Positions 40,325 to 53,886 of a stretch of 64,000 nucleotides of DNA are shown here, piece after piece. Made by a program: the position numbers and the translations under genes. A model generated the notes under the pieces. It saw nothing but the letters and a program-made list of their open reading frames with translations, made no database searches and was not told the DNA's origin. Origin of the DNA: Octopus vulgaris. Its lineage: Eukaryota. How positions within the stretch are numbered: the stretch's first letter is position 1; each line of letters starts with the position of its first letter. The stretch spans positions 193,874,001 through 193,938,000 of the forward strand of contig OX597814.1 in NCBI GenBank assembly GCA_951406725.2, written 5' to 3'.

Positions 40325-40683
40325 CACACACAGACACACACATTATATATGTCCCCTGCCCAATTCAAGATCACAGCATACATGTACACTGCAACATAAT
40401 TTCTTTTCCTCAACAGGCCCTGCCCTATTTAATACTGTCCTGAAAGAGATCAAAGAGGAAAAGGATCCCATCAACTTTAAACGGGGTCTAGATAGATTCC
40501 TTCAAGGAATACCAGATAAGCCACCCATAATTGAATACAACTCACCCAACAAAACCTCACTACTTGAATGGACCATAAACAAAACTTGACTTAAACAGGA
40601 TTTAGATAATCCTATCAGGTGGTGCTATTAAGTTAGACATGGCCTGGACCAATCTTTGGTCGAAACATATCTAAGTTTATCTA

Positions 40684-40690
<7 letters not shown>
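40325..40690 (+). mobile_element. CR1-group LINE 3' end (same family as 10900-11665)
   Basis: TLQHNFFSSTGPALFN...FKRGLDRFLQGIPDKP; identical 3' UTR core ending in tandem atctaagttt. Confidence 0.85.
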
Positions 40691-40740
<50 letters not shown>

Positions 40741-41266
40741 TTATATATACACATACATATACGTATATATATTTACATGCATAAACACTTGCACACACAA
40801 ACAAACAAACATATTTACTTATTCATATACATATATATATACATACATACATGCACATTCATATATCTGAAGGTATATCTGCATATACATATACATATGA
40901 TCTGTATATATGCACATGTATGTACGTGTGTACGCGTGTGTGCATGCAAGCGCGCGTGTGTGTGCTAGTGTGTGTGAGAATGTTTGTTTGTGTGTGTATA
41001 TGTGCGTGTGCGTGTGTATGTGTGTGTGTGTATGTGTGTGTTTGTGTGTATTTATAATGGTTCCGCATGTCGAGACTTTGTCAGCGGGAGGGAAAACCTT
41101 ATGTGTTTTTTCTGTGTATATTGATGTAGTTTTAGTAAATTAAGAACCGACATTTGTAGCGTTACTAAACTACTTTGGTTAGAACAGGATTAAGTCCACC
41201 CGACACTCTTAGTACAACTTAACAATGGTACCTCCGCGACCCGTCCATTGTCAAAACAGAATAACC

Positions 41267-41650
41267 ATAAGGCAGCGAGCTGCCAGAATCGTTAGCACAC
41301 CGGGCGAAATGTTTAGCGGTATTTCGTCTGTCGTTACGTTCTGAGTTCAAATTTGCTTTTCATCCTTTCGGGGTCAATTAAATAAGTACCAGTTACGCAC
41401 TGGGGTCGATATAATCGACTTAATCCGTTTGTCTGTCCTTGTTTGTCCTCTCTGTGTTTAGCCCCTTGTGGGTAGTAAAGAAATAGGTATTTCGTCTGTC
41501 TTTGCGTTCTGAGTTCAAATTCCGACGAGGTCGACTTTGCGTTTCATTTTTCCGGGAATGATAAATTAGATACCAGTTGTGTACTGAGATCGATCTAATC
41601 AACTAGCCCCTCTCCAAAAAATTTTGGACCTTGTGCATAGAGTAGAAAAA
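41267..41650 (+). mobile_element. Dimeric SINE family C
   Basis: C monomer with variant tail, junction aagaaatag|gtatttcg at 41486/41487, then a headless C monomer. Confidence 0.85.
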
Positions 41651-41791
41651 ATATAAAATAGCCATTACTACATCAGACCAGAGCCTACAACTATATCATA
41701 TAAAACGTGTTTCTTTTTATATTTCATTTTATTTATTTAACCCTAAATAACAGTTAGCAGTAAAGGAAATAACATAAATAAATAAACAATA

Positions 41792-41864
<73 letters not shown>

Positions 41865-41915
41865 ATGTATGTATGTATGTATGTATGTATGCGTGTATGT
41901 ATGTGTGGGGGGTGT

Positions 41916-42421
41916 AAGGACTATGTTGCCAGTGAAAAGGTTCTGCTCCGGGCCGGACTGCCCTGCATTTAATCTACCCTGGCACAACACTGCCCTCGCC
42001 GGTCGGCACACATCATATGAATGCCCAAACGCGCCTCCCTTGTCAACGCATCTTTGCGAAGGTGGCTTCAGGCACCAGCCTACGCGGATCCCCCAGATTC
42101 CGTTTCCGAGACCAGTCCAAAGCTACTCTCCTCCGTTGCTCCATTGATCTAAATACCTGGGAGACAATCACTAAGGACCGTCCAAAGTGGCAGCATGTCG
42201 CCATCAAGGGAACGGACCGGGTGGAAAATAACAGGCGTCAATGCCAAAGATCTGACGTCAAAAGCCTCAAAGAGCAATTCACACTTCCTTGTCCCTCGCC
42301 AATCCTCTCCTGTGATAAATATCCCTGGCTCTTGTATGCCGCCCTTGACCTGAACAGCCACTTCAGACGCTTCAGGATGAAGAGACTCTATCACTCGCCA
42401 CAGAGATGGTGCCGACGACGA
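41916..42421 (+). mobile_element. RTE (BovB-like) LINE 3' fragment, decayed
   Basis: RLP..IF...ASG....GSPRFRFRDQ.K..L....ID..TWE....DRPKW...C.....L.SH.R, typical RTE ORF C-terminus. Confidence 0.8.
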
Positions 42422-42444
42422 TATGTATGTATGTATGTGTATAT

Positions 42445-42664
42445 TACTCTTTACTATCTTTTATTATTTTACTTGTGTCAGTCATTTGACTGTGGCCATG
42501 CTAGAGCACCGCCTTTAGTCGAGCACATCGACCCCAGGGCTTATTCTTTGTAAGCCTAGTACTTATTCTATTGGTCTCTTTTGCCGAACCGCTAAGTTAC
42601 GGGGACGTAAACAGCCCAGCATCGGTTGTCAAGCGATGTTGGAGGGACAAACACAGACACACAA

Positions 42665-42701
<37 letters not shown>

Positions 42702-42875
42702 CATATATACGATGGGCTTCTTTCATTTTCCGTCTACCAAATCCACTCACAAGACTTTGGTCGGGCCAAAGTTATTGTAGAAGACACTTGCCCAAGGTGC
42801 CACGCAGTGGGACTGAACCCGGAACCATGTAGTTCTTAAGCAAGCTACTTACCACACAGCCACTCCTACGCCTAT
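42445..42875 (-). mobile_element. SINE family A, full length
   Basis: Homology to family A. Confidence 0.9.
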
Positions 42876-42890
42876 GTATATCTATCTATC

Positions 42891-42922
<32 letters not shown>

Positions 42923-42924
42923 AT

Positions 42925-43490
42925 GGACTCTTCCGCCAGTTTCGACATATGAGGCTCCGACAACGTACTCTTTCCCTGTCAGTCTTACTGCTTTTATTGA
43001 ATGTGGCATTTAAGTCCCGCCAACGATTTGCAAAGAAGGCCACAGATGTCACAAGTATAAGGATTACAGGTGGTATATTTGCAGCCGCTTTTCTCTTTCG
43101 CCTTGCACCCCAAAGCCTGTTAATGCAGGTTGCAACAAAGATTTTAATGCCATTTTGACACATTTGTTTACTCCAAGTTTGTTCGCTCAAAAGTGTTGTA
43201 AACTATCTTCATTTCTAAGAGGTTATTCTTCAGTTTTTCCCTATATATGAGCCATGGTCGACCAACATTCTTATGCCCACTCTCAAGCTGGCTGTACATG
43301 AAGTCTTTGGGTATTTTTTCGTCACTCATTCTGACAACATGACCAGTCCAGCGCTATTGTGATTGCATAAGGAAGCTCTCGATTCCGCCAATTTTACACT
43401 TGCTAAACAGGTCGGCATTAGAAACTCTGTCTGTTAGTGAATAACCGAAGATTGTTCCCAGACAGCCTTTGTGGAAAATGTCTTGGTTGA
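42925..43490 (-). mobile_element. RTE LINE 3' fragment, decayed (second family)
   Basis: FHKGCLGTIFG....DRVSNADLF......IESFLMQSQ*RWTGHVVRM..EKIPK..MYSQL..G....GRP. Confidence 0.85.
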
Positions 43491-44394
43491 TATATATATC
43501 AACAAGGAGAAATGGTAAAAGAAGCAAATTTTTAACACTATTCAACGAGGGAAAAACTGTACTAATTTGTCGTTTGTATCATGGTAAATCCAGCACAAAA
43601 TGACATTTTTGTGGTCCATCTCTTTCCTTGAAACCCTAAATACGTTATTGTATTTGACAGTTAATCCGGCCCTAACTTTCGTTTCGATTATACCCGTGTA
43701 TGCGTAATGCTCAACCCCACCCTAACCCCAGACCTTGAGTTTGCCAACAAATTTGCATAAAGTACATTCATGAGTTGATCTCTGTGCCGTTGAAGTGTTT
43801 AACTCAAAAACCGTGTTAATTTGTTTCTTATCAGTAGTCTAGAATTTGAAATGTGTCTCTTGGCTGGGGTAAACTTTCTTACAAGCAAAGTTCCAATATT
43901 TGTCAGATTAAGAGTGGGAAAACACTACAAAACGACAGCTACTCTGGAGTTTGCCTTCATGAAACTCTGTAATTTTAGCAAGCTTCTTACCACACAGCCA
44001 CGCATGCGTCTATAAAGATCATTATCTCGAGCATTTCATTATTTGCTTTGTTTATGATTCAAACCCATGTTATTTTTATGAGGTTTTGCTAGCGTTCAGT
44101 ATAATAATAACATTATATTCACACACGACAACTGATTATTCCTTGAAAAGGTCTTTGGTGTGTTTTAAGGATTAAACATTTAGATTCTCTTCTGTAATAA
44201 CGTCATGTCTCCAAACGGAAATACGTATAATCGTTCCGACAAGTTATACACATTTTGACAAACGACTCGGGTAATGTATACTTCCTATAGTCTTCTCAAT
44301 TTAAATAAATAAATAAATAAATTGCCACAGATGTTTTCCGAGCGCTGCAACCTACACGTAAATACGATCTGAGTCAGCGAGTACAAATATGTAC

Positions 44395-44461
44395 ATGTAT
44401 ATGTATATACATACAAACATGCACACACACACACACATATATGCATGTGTATATATATATA

Positions 44462-44517
<56 letters not shown>

Positions 44518-44529
44518 TATATATATACA

Positions 44530-44602
<73 letters not shown>

Positions 44603-44612
44603 AAATATATAC

Positions 44613-44651
<39 letters not shown>

Positions 44652-44654
44652 CAC

Positions 44655-44707
<53 letters not shown>

Positions 44708-45009
44708 TACACACACACGCGCACATAAATATAGGCCTCTTTGAATATATATGTATTTATATACATATATAAACATACGAACGTGTTTATATAATCTATA
44801 TAGATATATATAGATATGTATATGCACACGCATACACACACAGTTATACACATGTGTGTGTAAAGATATACTAAAGTATTTGACACAAAGAAAATAAGAC
44901 GGGTTTATATACATGCATTAAAATAAATACTACTAGTCCTTTGTTAAAAGTGAATACATGGAGAAGATATTGTAGGAAATACATACATACGTGCATGCAT
45001 GTGTGTATG

Positions 45010-45093
<84 letters not shown>

Positions 45094-45120
45094 TATACAC
45101 TTCCAGAAATATGCACACAT
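44395..45120. repeat. (TA)n-rich microsatellite region
   Basis: Directly visible. Confidence 0.95.
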
Positions 45121-45304
45121 ACATACAGCAGACTGCCTAATAAATAGTGTTATACAATACTTTAGATTTATTTAAAGAGTTGTATGCTGTAATTCTTTGT
45201 CCGAGAGGGCTCAGCTTGTTATTTCAAATGTCAAGTATTTTGATGAATGTGTGCTGGGGGGAGGGCGTGTTGTGTGTCGATACGTCTCTGTTTGTGCGAT
45301 AGAG

Positions 45305-45314
45305 ATGGATAGAC

Positions 45315-45409
<95 letters not shown>

Positions 45410-45518
45410 CAGACAGGCAGACAGACAGACAGAAAGACAGACAGACAGAAAGACAGACAGACAGATACATACATACATAGACAGACAGGCAGGCTGGCAG
45501 GCAGACACAGAGACAGAC

Positions 45519-45596
<78 letters not shown>

Positions 45597-45860
45597 CATT
45601 TGGTAGACGGAAACTGAAAGAAGCCTGTCGTATATATGTATATATATGCGTGTGTGTTTGTGTGTCCGTGTTTGTCCCCCCCCCCCCAACATCGCTTGAC
45701 AACCGATGCTGGTGTGTTTACGTCCCCGTAACTTAGCGGTTCGGCAAAAGAGACCGATAGAATAAGTACTAGGCTTACAAAGATTTGCTCGACTAAAGGC
45801 GCTGCTCCAGCATGGCCACAGTCAAATGACTGAAACAAAAAAAAAGAGTAAAAGAGTAAG
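45305..45860 (+). mobile_element. (GATA)/(GACA)n microsatellite followed by a SINE A 3' part (45598-45860)
   Basis: Directly visible; family A homology. Confidence 0.85.
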
Positions 45861-46519
45861 ATAGCTTCAAACACTCCCCGGTTATGTCGACTTGACAGTA
45901 TTCTGTCTTCCTGTTTCGTCTCCATTACTACGCTTCACATCAGAGTCTAGAAGTCTAACATTCTAAAGTATCTTCCCACCTATGTTTTCCCTATAAACAT
46001 TGACTTGCTGGTGATTAGCCTAAATATGAATCCCCCATCAATCTCATTTGTCTGAGTATACCTTGCAACCGTCACTGGTATTGTCTTTCCTCTCCTATCA
46101 TCTAATCCATTTCTCCCCCATAAATCTTTTACCTTCTGCTTTGTCATTCGGTGGTGATAGGCGCGAAACAAGAGGTGGCCTCCCAGTAAATCTTGAAACT
46201 GTTGTACTTAATTTACGTCGCTAATGTCAAATTGGAAAGTAAGATATAAACGATTTTTTTTTGTTATCGCCTGAAATATAGGAAGTTTAAGCTTAGAATC
46301 TCTCGTTTCGTTAGCTTTTAATCTTATTGGTTTGTCAGATAAATTCGTTAGTGTTTTTTTCTGGCGTTTTTGTTTGTTGTAACGAATTTGTCTGACAATT
46401 TAATTAGGCAATTTAACTGCCAGTTTGGTGTAATTAAATCATATAGAAATTAATCATTTAACACTAGGAATTGTACTGAGTACAGTGGTTTTTAAACTGA
46501 GCAATGCAAACACCTTCAC

Positions 46520-46925
46520 TAGGAAAGTGGCTGTGTGGTAAGTAGCTTACTTACCAACAACATGGTTCCGAGTTCAGTCCCACTGCGTGGCACCTTGGGC
46601 AAGTGTCTTCTACTATAGCCTCGAGCCGACCAAAGCCTTGTGAGTGGATTTGGTAGACGGAAACTGAAAGAAGCCCGTCGTATATATTTATATATATATA
46701 TGTGTGTGTGTTTGTGTGTCCGTGTTTGTCCCCCCAACATCGCTTAACAACCAACGCTGGTGTGTTTACGTCCCCATTACTTAGCGGTTCGGCAAAAGAG
46801 ACCGATAGAATAAGTACTAGGCTTCCAAAGAATAAGTTCTGAAGTCGATTTGCTCGACCAAAGGCGATGGTGCTCCAGCATGGCCGCAATCAAATGACTG
46901 AAACAAGTAAAAGAGTCAAAGAGTA
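46520..46925 (+). mobile_element. SINE family A, full length
   Basis: Close to the window consensus. Confidence 0.92.
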
Positions 46926-47290
46926 ACGAAATCGTTTTACCCCACTCCAGTTCCTTTTTCGTTAATGAGAGGTCAAGATAGAGTTTGCACCTATATTATT
47001 CATCTTTCTTTGCTATGGGGCTGGACAAACTTGAAAAAAGGGTTCTATGATCAGAATTTGGTTTAATGTGTGAATATGTTCGCTCTCCCTTTTTTTCAAT
47101 CTTCGCAGTCCAGCCCCGCTCCACACCGAGAGCCCTTCCCCACCACCATACGAAAAACACTGGCTTAGAAGACATCTGTCGAAATACCTAAATTCTTCCC
47201 CCCCAAAAAGAAAATAAGCAAAATTATAATGAGTTCTTGGGAAAATGTTGTTGCTGTTGCTGTTGTTGTTGTTGCTGCTGCTGCTGCTGC

Positions 47291-47321
<31 letters not shown>

Positions 47322-47557
47322 CTTGTTGATGATGATGATTATGATGATGATGATGATGTTGTTCGTGTTGGTGCTGCTGCTGTTGTTGTTTTATCGCTCA
47401 GTCGCTGGTCAACTTTCATTCGGCACACAAACTCGCAGACGAACAAAAGGCGTTTCAACCGTGACCATTCCATCCTTTATTCTTTATAGACTTAGTGTAC
47501 CTAGGACTACATAATCCAATGTATTACGTTGTATTTATGTATTTTATCTTTCATCTT

Positions 47558-47872
47558 TGGAGGCGCAATGGCCCTGTAGTTAGGGCAGCGAACTCACGGT
47601 CGGAGGATCACGGTTTCGATTCCCAGACCGGGCGTTGTGTGTGTTTATTGAGCAAAAACACCTAAACCTCCACGAGGCTCCGGCAGGGTGTTGTGGCGAC
47701 CCCTGTTGTACTCTGTCGCCCCAACTTTCTCTCACTCTTTCTTCCTGTATCTTGAGTAACGCTGCGATGGACTAGCGTCCCGTCTAGCTGGGGGGAACAC
47801 ATACGCCACAGAGACCGGGAAACCGGGCCCATGAGCCTGGCTAGGCTTGAAAAGGGCGCATAAATAATAAAG
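47558..47872 (+). mobile_element. SINE family D, full length, tail type gctgcgatggactagcgtcccgtc
   Basis: tRNA-like head ggaggcgcaatggcc...ggtttcgattccc, D body, tail ending gggcgcataaataataaa. Confidence 0.88.
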
Positions 47873-47884
47873 ATAAATCTTTTA

Positions 47885-48105
47885 TCTTTATCTCTCGCTT
47901 GTTTCAGTCATTGAACTGGCCATGCTGGGGCATCGCCATGACTGGTTCATTCGAACAAATCAACTCCAGTACTTATTTTGAAGTCTGGTACTTATTTTAT
48001 CGATCTCTTTTGCCGAACCGCTAAGAAGAAGACACTTGCCCAAGGTGCCGCGCAGTGGGGGTCTACCCGATACCACGCGTTTGCACACAGCCATGCCTGC
48101 GCCTA
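47885..48105 (-). mobile_element. SINE family A, internally deleted
   Basis: Tail and head of family A with the middle missing. Confidence 0.75.
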
Positions 48106-48279
48106 ATTGAGCTTTTTTGCATAAAATTAAGTTGACACTTCTAGCAGGTTTAAGAGACCTGGATACCAGAGGCTCCTTTATTGGCAAAAACCAAAATTAT
48201 TTTATTGTGTAGCAGAATATTACTTTTCGTTTTGGGATTTGGTTTGCAAGATTCTTTATATGAGTTCGTGAGTTGAAGC

Positions 48280-48550
48280 ATATTCTGTTGTGTCTGGAGA
48301 GAGTCATTTTCTTTTTGTGCCTTATAATTTAACACACTCACTGGTAAAATTTCCACTCATTTCTTATTTCTATTTTCCTAAAATTTTCGTTGCATCTTGC
48401 AACCTTTTCAATAGTCTTGACTGAGTACAGTGGTTTTTAAACTGAGCAATACGAAATAAAAATAAGAAATAAGTGGAAATTTTACCGGTGAGTGTATTAA
48501 ATTATAAGGCACAAAAATAAAATGACTCTCCCCAGACACAACAGAATATT
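48280..48550. repeat. Inverted repeat, ~90-bp arms and ~90-bp spacer (foldback-like)
   Basis: atattctgttgtgtctgg...ggtaaaatttccact versus agtggaaattttaccgg...ccagacacaacagaatat. Confidence 0.85.
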
Positions 48551-48754
48551 ACTTGTCTGTGTTTTAAAATTAGTTCCCACTGAAATTCGCAGGAACCGAC
48601 TGCATTGACTGTGAAAACAAGCGGCAACGAGAGAATATCACATGTTTATTAGCTGTCGGTGGTATATTGACACAGGAGAGGAACACTTGCGAGGTGAATC
48701 AAGATGAGACGTGCAGATGTAACCAAACGAAATGAACCGACAGACGGACAAGAA

Positions 48755-48957
48755 AGCGAGAGGGAGAGAGAGAGAGAGAGAGAGAGAGATGATGGAGAGA
48801 TAGAGAGAGAGAATGACAGAGAGAGAGAGAGAGAGAAAAATAGAGAGAATGATAGAGAGAGAGATAGGGAGAGAATGACAGAGATAGATAGAGAGAGAGA
48901 ATGATAGAGAGAGAGATAGAGAGAGAGAATGATAGAGAGAGAGAATGATAGATAGAG

Positions 48958-48990
<33 letters not shown>

Positions 48991-49067
48991 CATACATACA
49001 TAGACAGAAAGACACAAAAAGACAGACAGACAGGCAGGCTGAGAGATAGAGAGAATGATAGAGAGAC

Positions 49068-49144
<77 letters not shown>

Positions 49145-49350
49145 GATAGATACAGGGAGAGTGAGAGGGACAGGAAGAAAGGAAAAACAAGAGAGAAAGC
49201 GAGAGACAATGAGTAGAGAGAGAGGGAGTGCAAGGAGGAGAGAGGGAAGTAACGGGGGAGAGATGAGAAAAGAGAAAGGAATAGGAGGAGTGGGCGAAAT
49301 GGGGAAGAGAGAGAGAGAGAGAGAGAGAGAAAGGGTTGATAAAGGAGAGA
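48755..49350. repeat. (GA)n/(GATA)n purine-rich microsatellite region
   Basis: Directly visible. Confidence 0.9.
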
Positions 49351-49754
49351 GGGACAACGTAAAAGCGTTAGTTTTAAGACTAAGCTAAATTGCTGTTGTT
49401 ATTTAACCCTAGGTCTGTCAGATCAGGCAGATCCATAGATGTTCCTTTAGGAATATTGTAAGACTGCATTATTTAATGAGCCCGTTCATTTAGAAGGCAA
49501 GTGGCATGCGATTTGAGGGAGAATTAGATACTCTTTTCAGTATGTCAAGTGACCACTTTGGCTCATGTCGTTGTTGTTGATGATGATGATGATGATGATG
49601 ATGACGGGGTAGTGGTAGTGGTGGTGGTGGTGGTGGTGGCGGCGGCGGCGGCGGCGGCGGAGGCTACGGCGGGGGCCGAAATTTTATTTTTCCCACGTGA
49701 GTTCCTGGACCCCAGTTATGAACCCATTTGCATATAGCCAATCAGATTAATTTA

Positions 49755-49903
49755 TAAATTACAGGTACAACTCATTTTTTACTAACTGAGAGGACTGGAG
49801 CAACGTGAAATGAAGTGTCTTGCTCAAGGAGACCACGTGCCGCCAGGAATCGAACTCATGATCGTGAGCCGATTACCCTAACCACTAAGCCACGCGCCTT
49901 CAC
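49755..49903 (-). mobile_element. SINE family B, 5' part
   Basis: Minus head gcgcgtggcttagtggttagggtaatcggctcacgatcatgagttcgattcc. Confidence 0.85.
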
Positions 49904-50688
49904 CAAAACGAAATTACTACATACATCACACTGGAGCGCAGACTCTGTTTTGCCCTAAATTTACTTCTGGGTGTACAGGGTTACTATTTGTAGGACCAGC
50001 TATCGCTAGGAAAGGGATAAGTTTGTAAGGTTTATCTTTTTTCCATAATGTTAGAGAACCAAGTGAAGCGAACTTAAATTCAATCGAGAATCCAGCCCAA
50101 ATAGGGGTCTCTCATTTGCCTACAGCATATTTCTTGTTCAACAGTTCCCACCATATTTGTAAGTGAAAAATTATTAAATCTTATTTCCTGCCCTAATATC
50201 TGGGAATAGATTTGAGACACGTGAAACCTTGCCGTAATTGACTCAGCAGAACAGGAAATATTTAAATCCTTAGTTGATATTTTAGCAGTGGTTTGCAGGT
50301 TTGTTGCGTAATTTGATAAAGCCCTGCAGAGCCTGAATTTATTTCAGGATGGAGGGTACTGTTAATTCAATATCAGTAGGTGGTACTTTGCAGCAAGTGG
50401 TCCTTAATCATATATAACTTAGTGGGGATTTGCGAAAGAATGATGTGTCTGCTTAATAGTTTTTTGGGATGAGATGGATAAATAACGCATTTGTCTCAGT
50501 CTGTAAACTATGGAATCATATAAATAGTTAAATTTGTGTTCGGTTTATTTTTTAATGCTCCAGGGATTAAATGTACCAACAAAAATAACTTAACTGCTCG
50601 TTCTCTCTATCTGAAGTAATCAATCACTAAACAGTACTATTACCATACTCCAATAAACGTACAGTCTTATACATGTCATTCATTTATT

Positions 50689-51100
50689 CAGTGTTTGGTA
50701 CAAGGAAGGATATATGTCGCTAATGAGGTCGACATAAATCAGAAACATGCTAAAGTCTTCTGAAAAATAAAAATATTTGTTCTCTTTTACTCAGTGCTTT
50801 GGTACAAGGAAGGATATATGTCGCTAACGAGGTCGACATAAATCAGAAACATGCTAAAATCTTCTGAAAAAAAATATTTGTTCTCTTTTACTCAGTGCTT
50901 TGGTACAGGAAAGGATATATGTCGCTAATGAGGTCGACATAAATCAGAAACATGCTAAATTCTTCTGAAAAATAAAAATATTTGTTCTCCTTTACTCAGT
51001 GCTTTGGTACAGAGAAGGATATATGTCGCTAATGAGGTCAACATAAATCAGAAACATGCTAAAGTTTTCTGAAAAATAAAAACATTTGTTCTCTTTTACT
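50689..51100. repeat. Tandem repeat, 4 x ~103 bp, high identity
   Basis: cagtg(c)tttggtaca...ggatatatgtcgctaatgaggtcgacataaatcagaaacatgctaaa...tttgttctcttttact repeated four times. Confidence 0.95.
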
Positions 51101-51379
51101 CTTTTACTGGTTTCAATCAATGTATTGCGGTCATGGTAGGGCACTGGCTTCGGGTATTGAGTTCGATTAAGTCGATCGCACTACTTACTTTAAATCAAGT
51201 AATTATTCTCTCTATGTCATTTGCCGAACTGCTAAGTTACTGCGAGATAAACAATATTAACCAGTTGTAAACCAGTGAGCAACAGAGACAAACAATAAAC
51301 ACACGCGCACATATATTTGTGTATATCTATATATATAATATAAATAATATATATATATATATGTATATATATATGCATA

Positions 51380-51720
51380 TATGGGTGCAGGACGTCATTA
51401 ACAATAAACAACATGAAATATGGAAACAAATGAGTTAAATACGCAAATAACGAGAGAGAAAAAGAAAGAACGAGTAATACAAAGAATGACCCTTCGTCAG
51501 TCGTCGGTTGTCTATCTACTCCCCATTTTGAGCAATCAACGACAATATGAGTCTTCGAAGATAGTTGCTCCCATAAATACCAAAATAAAATTTTGGATTT
51601 ATTGAGGGTGAAAGTTAGGAACAAAAACAGGACAGGGGAGACATTCATAGGGACGGAACGAAAACAAACATGGAGGGTTGTTAGAGCAGAATGACGCAGG
51701 GGTGTGGATAGTGAACGCTG
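51380..51720 (-). mobile_element. Probable Penelope-like terminal-repeat fragment
   Basis: Minus-strand gacgaCTGACGAAggg half-hammerhead motif in a pyrimidine-rich context. Confidence 0.4.
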
Positions 51721-51784
51721 AGAGAAATATTTTTTTTTTAAAAGAGAAAAGATGGAAGAGAGGGATAGGAGGACACTGGTCTCT

Positions 51785-52333
51785 CATACATACATACATA
51801 CATACATACATACATACATACATACATACATACATACATACATACATACATACATAACAAACATACATACATACATACATACATACATACATACATACAT
51901 ACATACATACATACATACATACATACATACATACATACATTATTGCAGCCCCCTCGTTATCGAGTATGGCCATTGCACGAAGCATAACTGTTATTGGTGC
52001 TGTGATCGAATGTGACTTTTTAGCCCAGCTAAAGATCTACAGAATTGGCAACTAAAACCTTTACCGGTAATAGCCGGCTGTAGTTATACATACATACATA
52101 CATACATACATACATACATACATACATACATACATACATACACACATACATACATACATGCATGCATACATACATACATACATAAATACATACATACATA
52201 CATACATACATACATAATACATACATATATACATGCATGCATGCATGCATACATACATACATACATACATACATGCATGCATGCATGCATACATACATAC
52301 ATACATACATACATACATACATACATACATACA

Positions 52334-52364
<31 letters not shown>

Positions 52365-52370
52365 TTACAT
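51785..52370. repeat. (CATA)n microsatellites
   Basis: Directly visible. Confidence 0.95.
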
Positions 52371-52878
52371 ACACATTATAAGACATGTACAACAACTAAC
52401 AGAAAGGATTATGTACAACTAACAGAAAGAATTTAATACAGACGTAGATAAACTCAATTCATCATGCAACTTTCATTCCAGAACCATTACGATTTCGGTA
52501 TTGAGTAAAAAGTTGGTATCCCTCATCAGGAAAGCAACAGGATTTGCACAACATATAACGAAGGCCAGTTTTGCGACTAAAGATACATGGGATGTTGTAA
52601 AAGTCTTGCGACTGAAAAGAGGGAAGACGAAGACAAAAGAAGAACAAACAAATTCAGAATTTAAGCAAGCAAAGGCGTCGTTCGACTAAAGACCGAGCTG
52701 TGGCAAACACTAGTGTAGATGGGAAACAGAAAATTGACTTTTCGCCGAATACACGAGCTGAACAAGAAAGAGAAATATTGTACATGTGGTCAGTGTAACG
52801 CTCGAGAGAACAACAGGTTGACAAAAAGGAATGAATGTTCGGCAGATATACATATATGCTGCTGCTGACGACGACGAC

Positions 52879-52912
<34 letters not shown>

Positions 52913-52949
52913 TTGTTGTTGTTGTTGTTGTTGTTGTTGCTGTTGCTGT

Positions 52950-53297
52950 TGAGCGAACGGTCTTCGTCCCAGAGCTCGCAAGATGGGAGAAGTCCGAAAC
53001 GTGGTCCTTTGCTATTCGTAAGACCCGCAGAAGAGAAAGCAGGTCAATCCCCCGACACCGAGAGCATCGACGGATGGACGAATGTGCATCCAGGCTCAGC
53101 AGTTGCGTAGGAAGTCGGGGACAAGAAACAGGAAGAAAGAGTGAGAGAAAGTTGTAGCGAAAGAGTACAACAGGGGTCGCCACCACCCCCTGCCGGAGCC
53201 TCGTGGAGCTTTAGGTGTTTTTCGCTCAATAGACACACACAACGCCGGTCTGGGAATCGAAACCGCGATCCTCCGACCGCGAGTCCGCTGCCCTAAC
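52950..53297 (-). mobile_element. SINE family D, full length, third tail type ending in (CAA)n
   Basis: Head ggaggcgcaatggcccagtggttagggcagcggactcgcggtc...ggtttcgattccc; tail cttgtccccgacttcc...gaccgttcgctcaacagcaac. Confidence 0.88.
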
Positions 53298-53586
53298 CAC
53301 TGGGCCATTGCGCCTCCACTGTTGTTGTTGGTGATGGTGGTGGTGGTGTTGTTATTCCTCGTCGTCGTCGTTATCATCAACAGGGTGCAAGTGGCAGTGA
53401 CAGCTGCGGTGGTGATATTGACGATGAAAGAGTTGGTGGTAATGATGATGATGATGATGATGATGGTATTGTTGGTGTTGATAGTGTTCGTGTCGGTGAT
53501 TGATGGTTTCTTCTTCCCAGTCAAGTGATTTCACATGTTTGTGAATGGTCGAGTGAGGAACAGAGAGAGAGAGAAAGGAAGAGAGG

Positions 53587-53631
<45 letters not shown>

Positions 53632-53824
53632 ACCTTTCTTTTGTTGCCCATGTTTTTATATCTTGCAGAAACAAGATAGCCTGCAACCTAAAACACTCTT
53701 GATACGAGTGTTCGCCATCTTTTGTTACCAACATCTATATCCAACGAAGGTTATCGTACAAATTGCCGATTAGTGAAACCTAAAGACAGCAAGACAAAAT
53801 ACACCCTGCATGCACACACATACA

Positions 53825-53886
<62 letters not shown>

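Noticed and set aside
53230-53297. tRNA-like sequences (also heads at ~4340, ~8632, ~47558, ~49903)
   Set aside because: SINE heads lacking a complete acceptor stem and continuing into repeat bodies; not tRNA genes.
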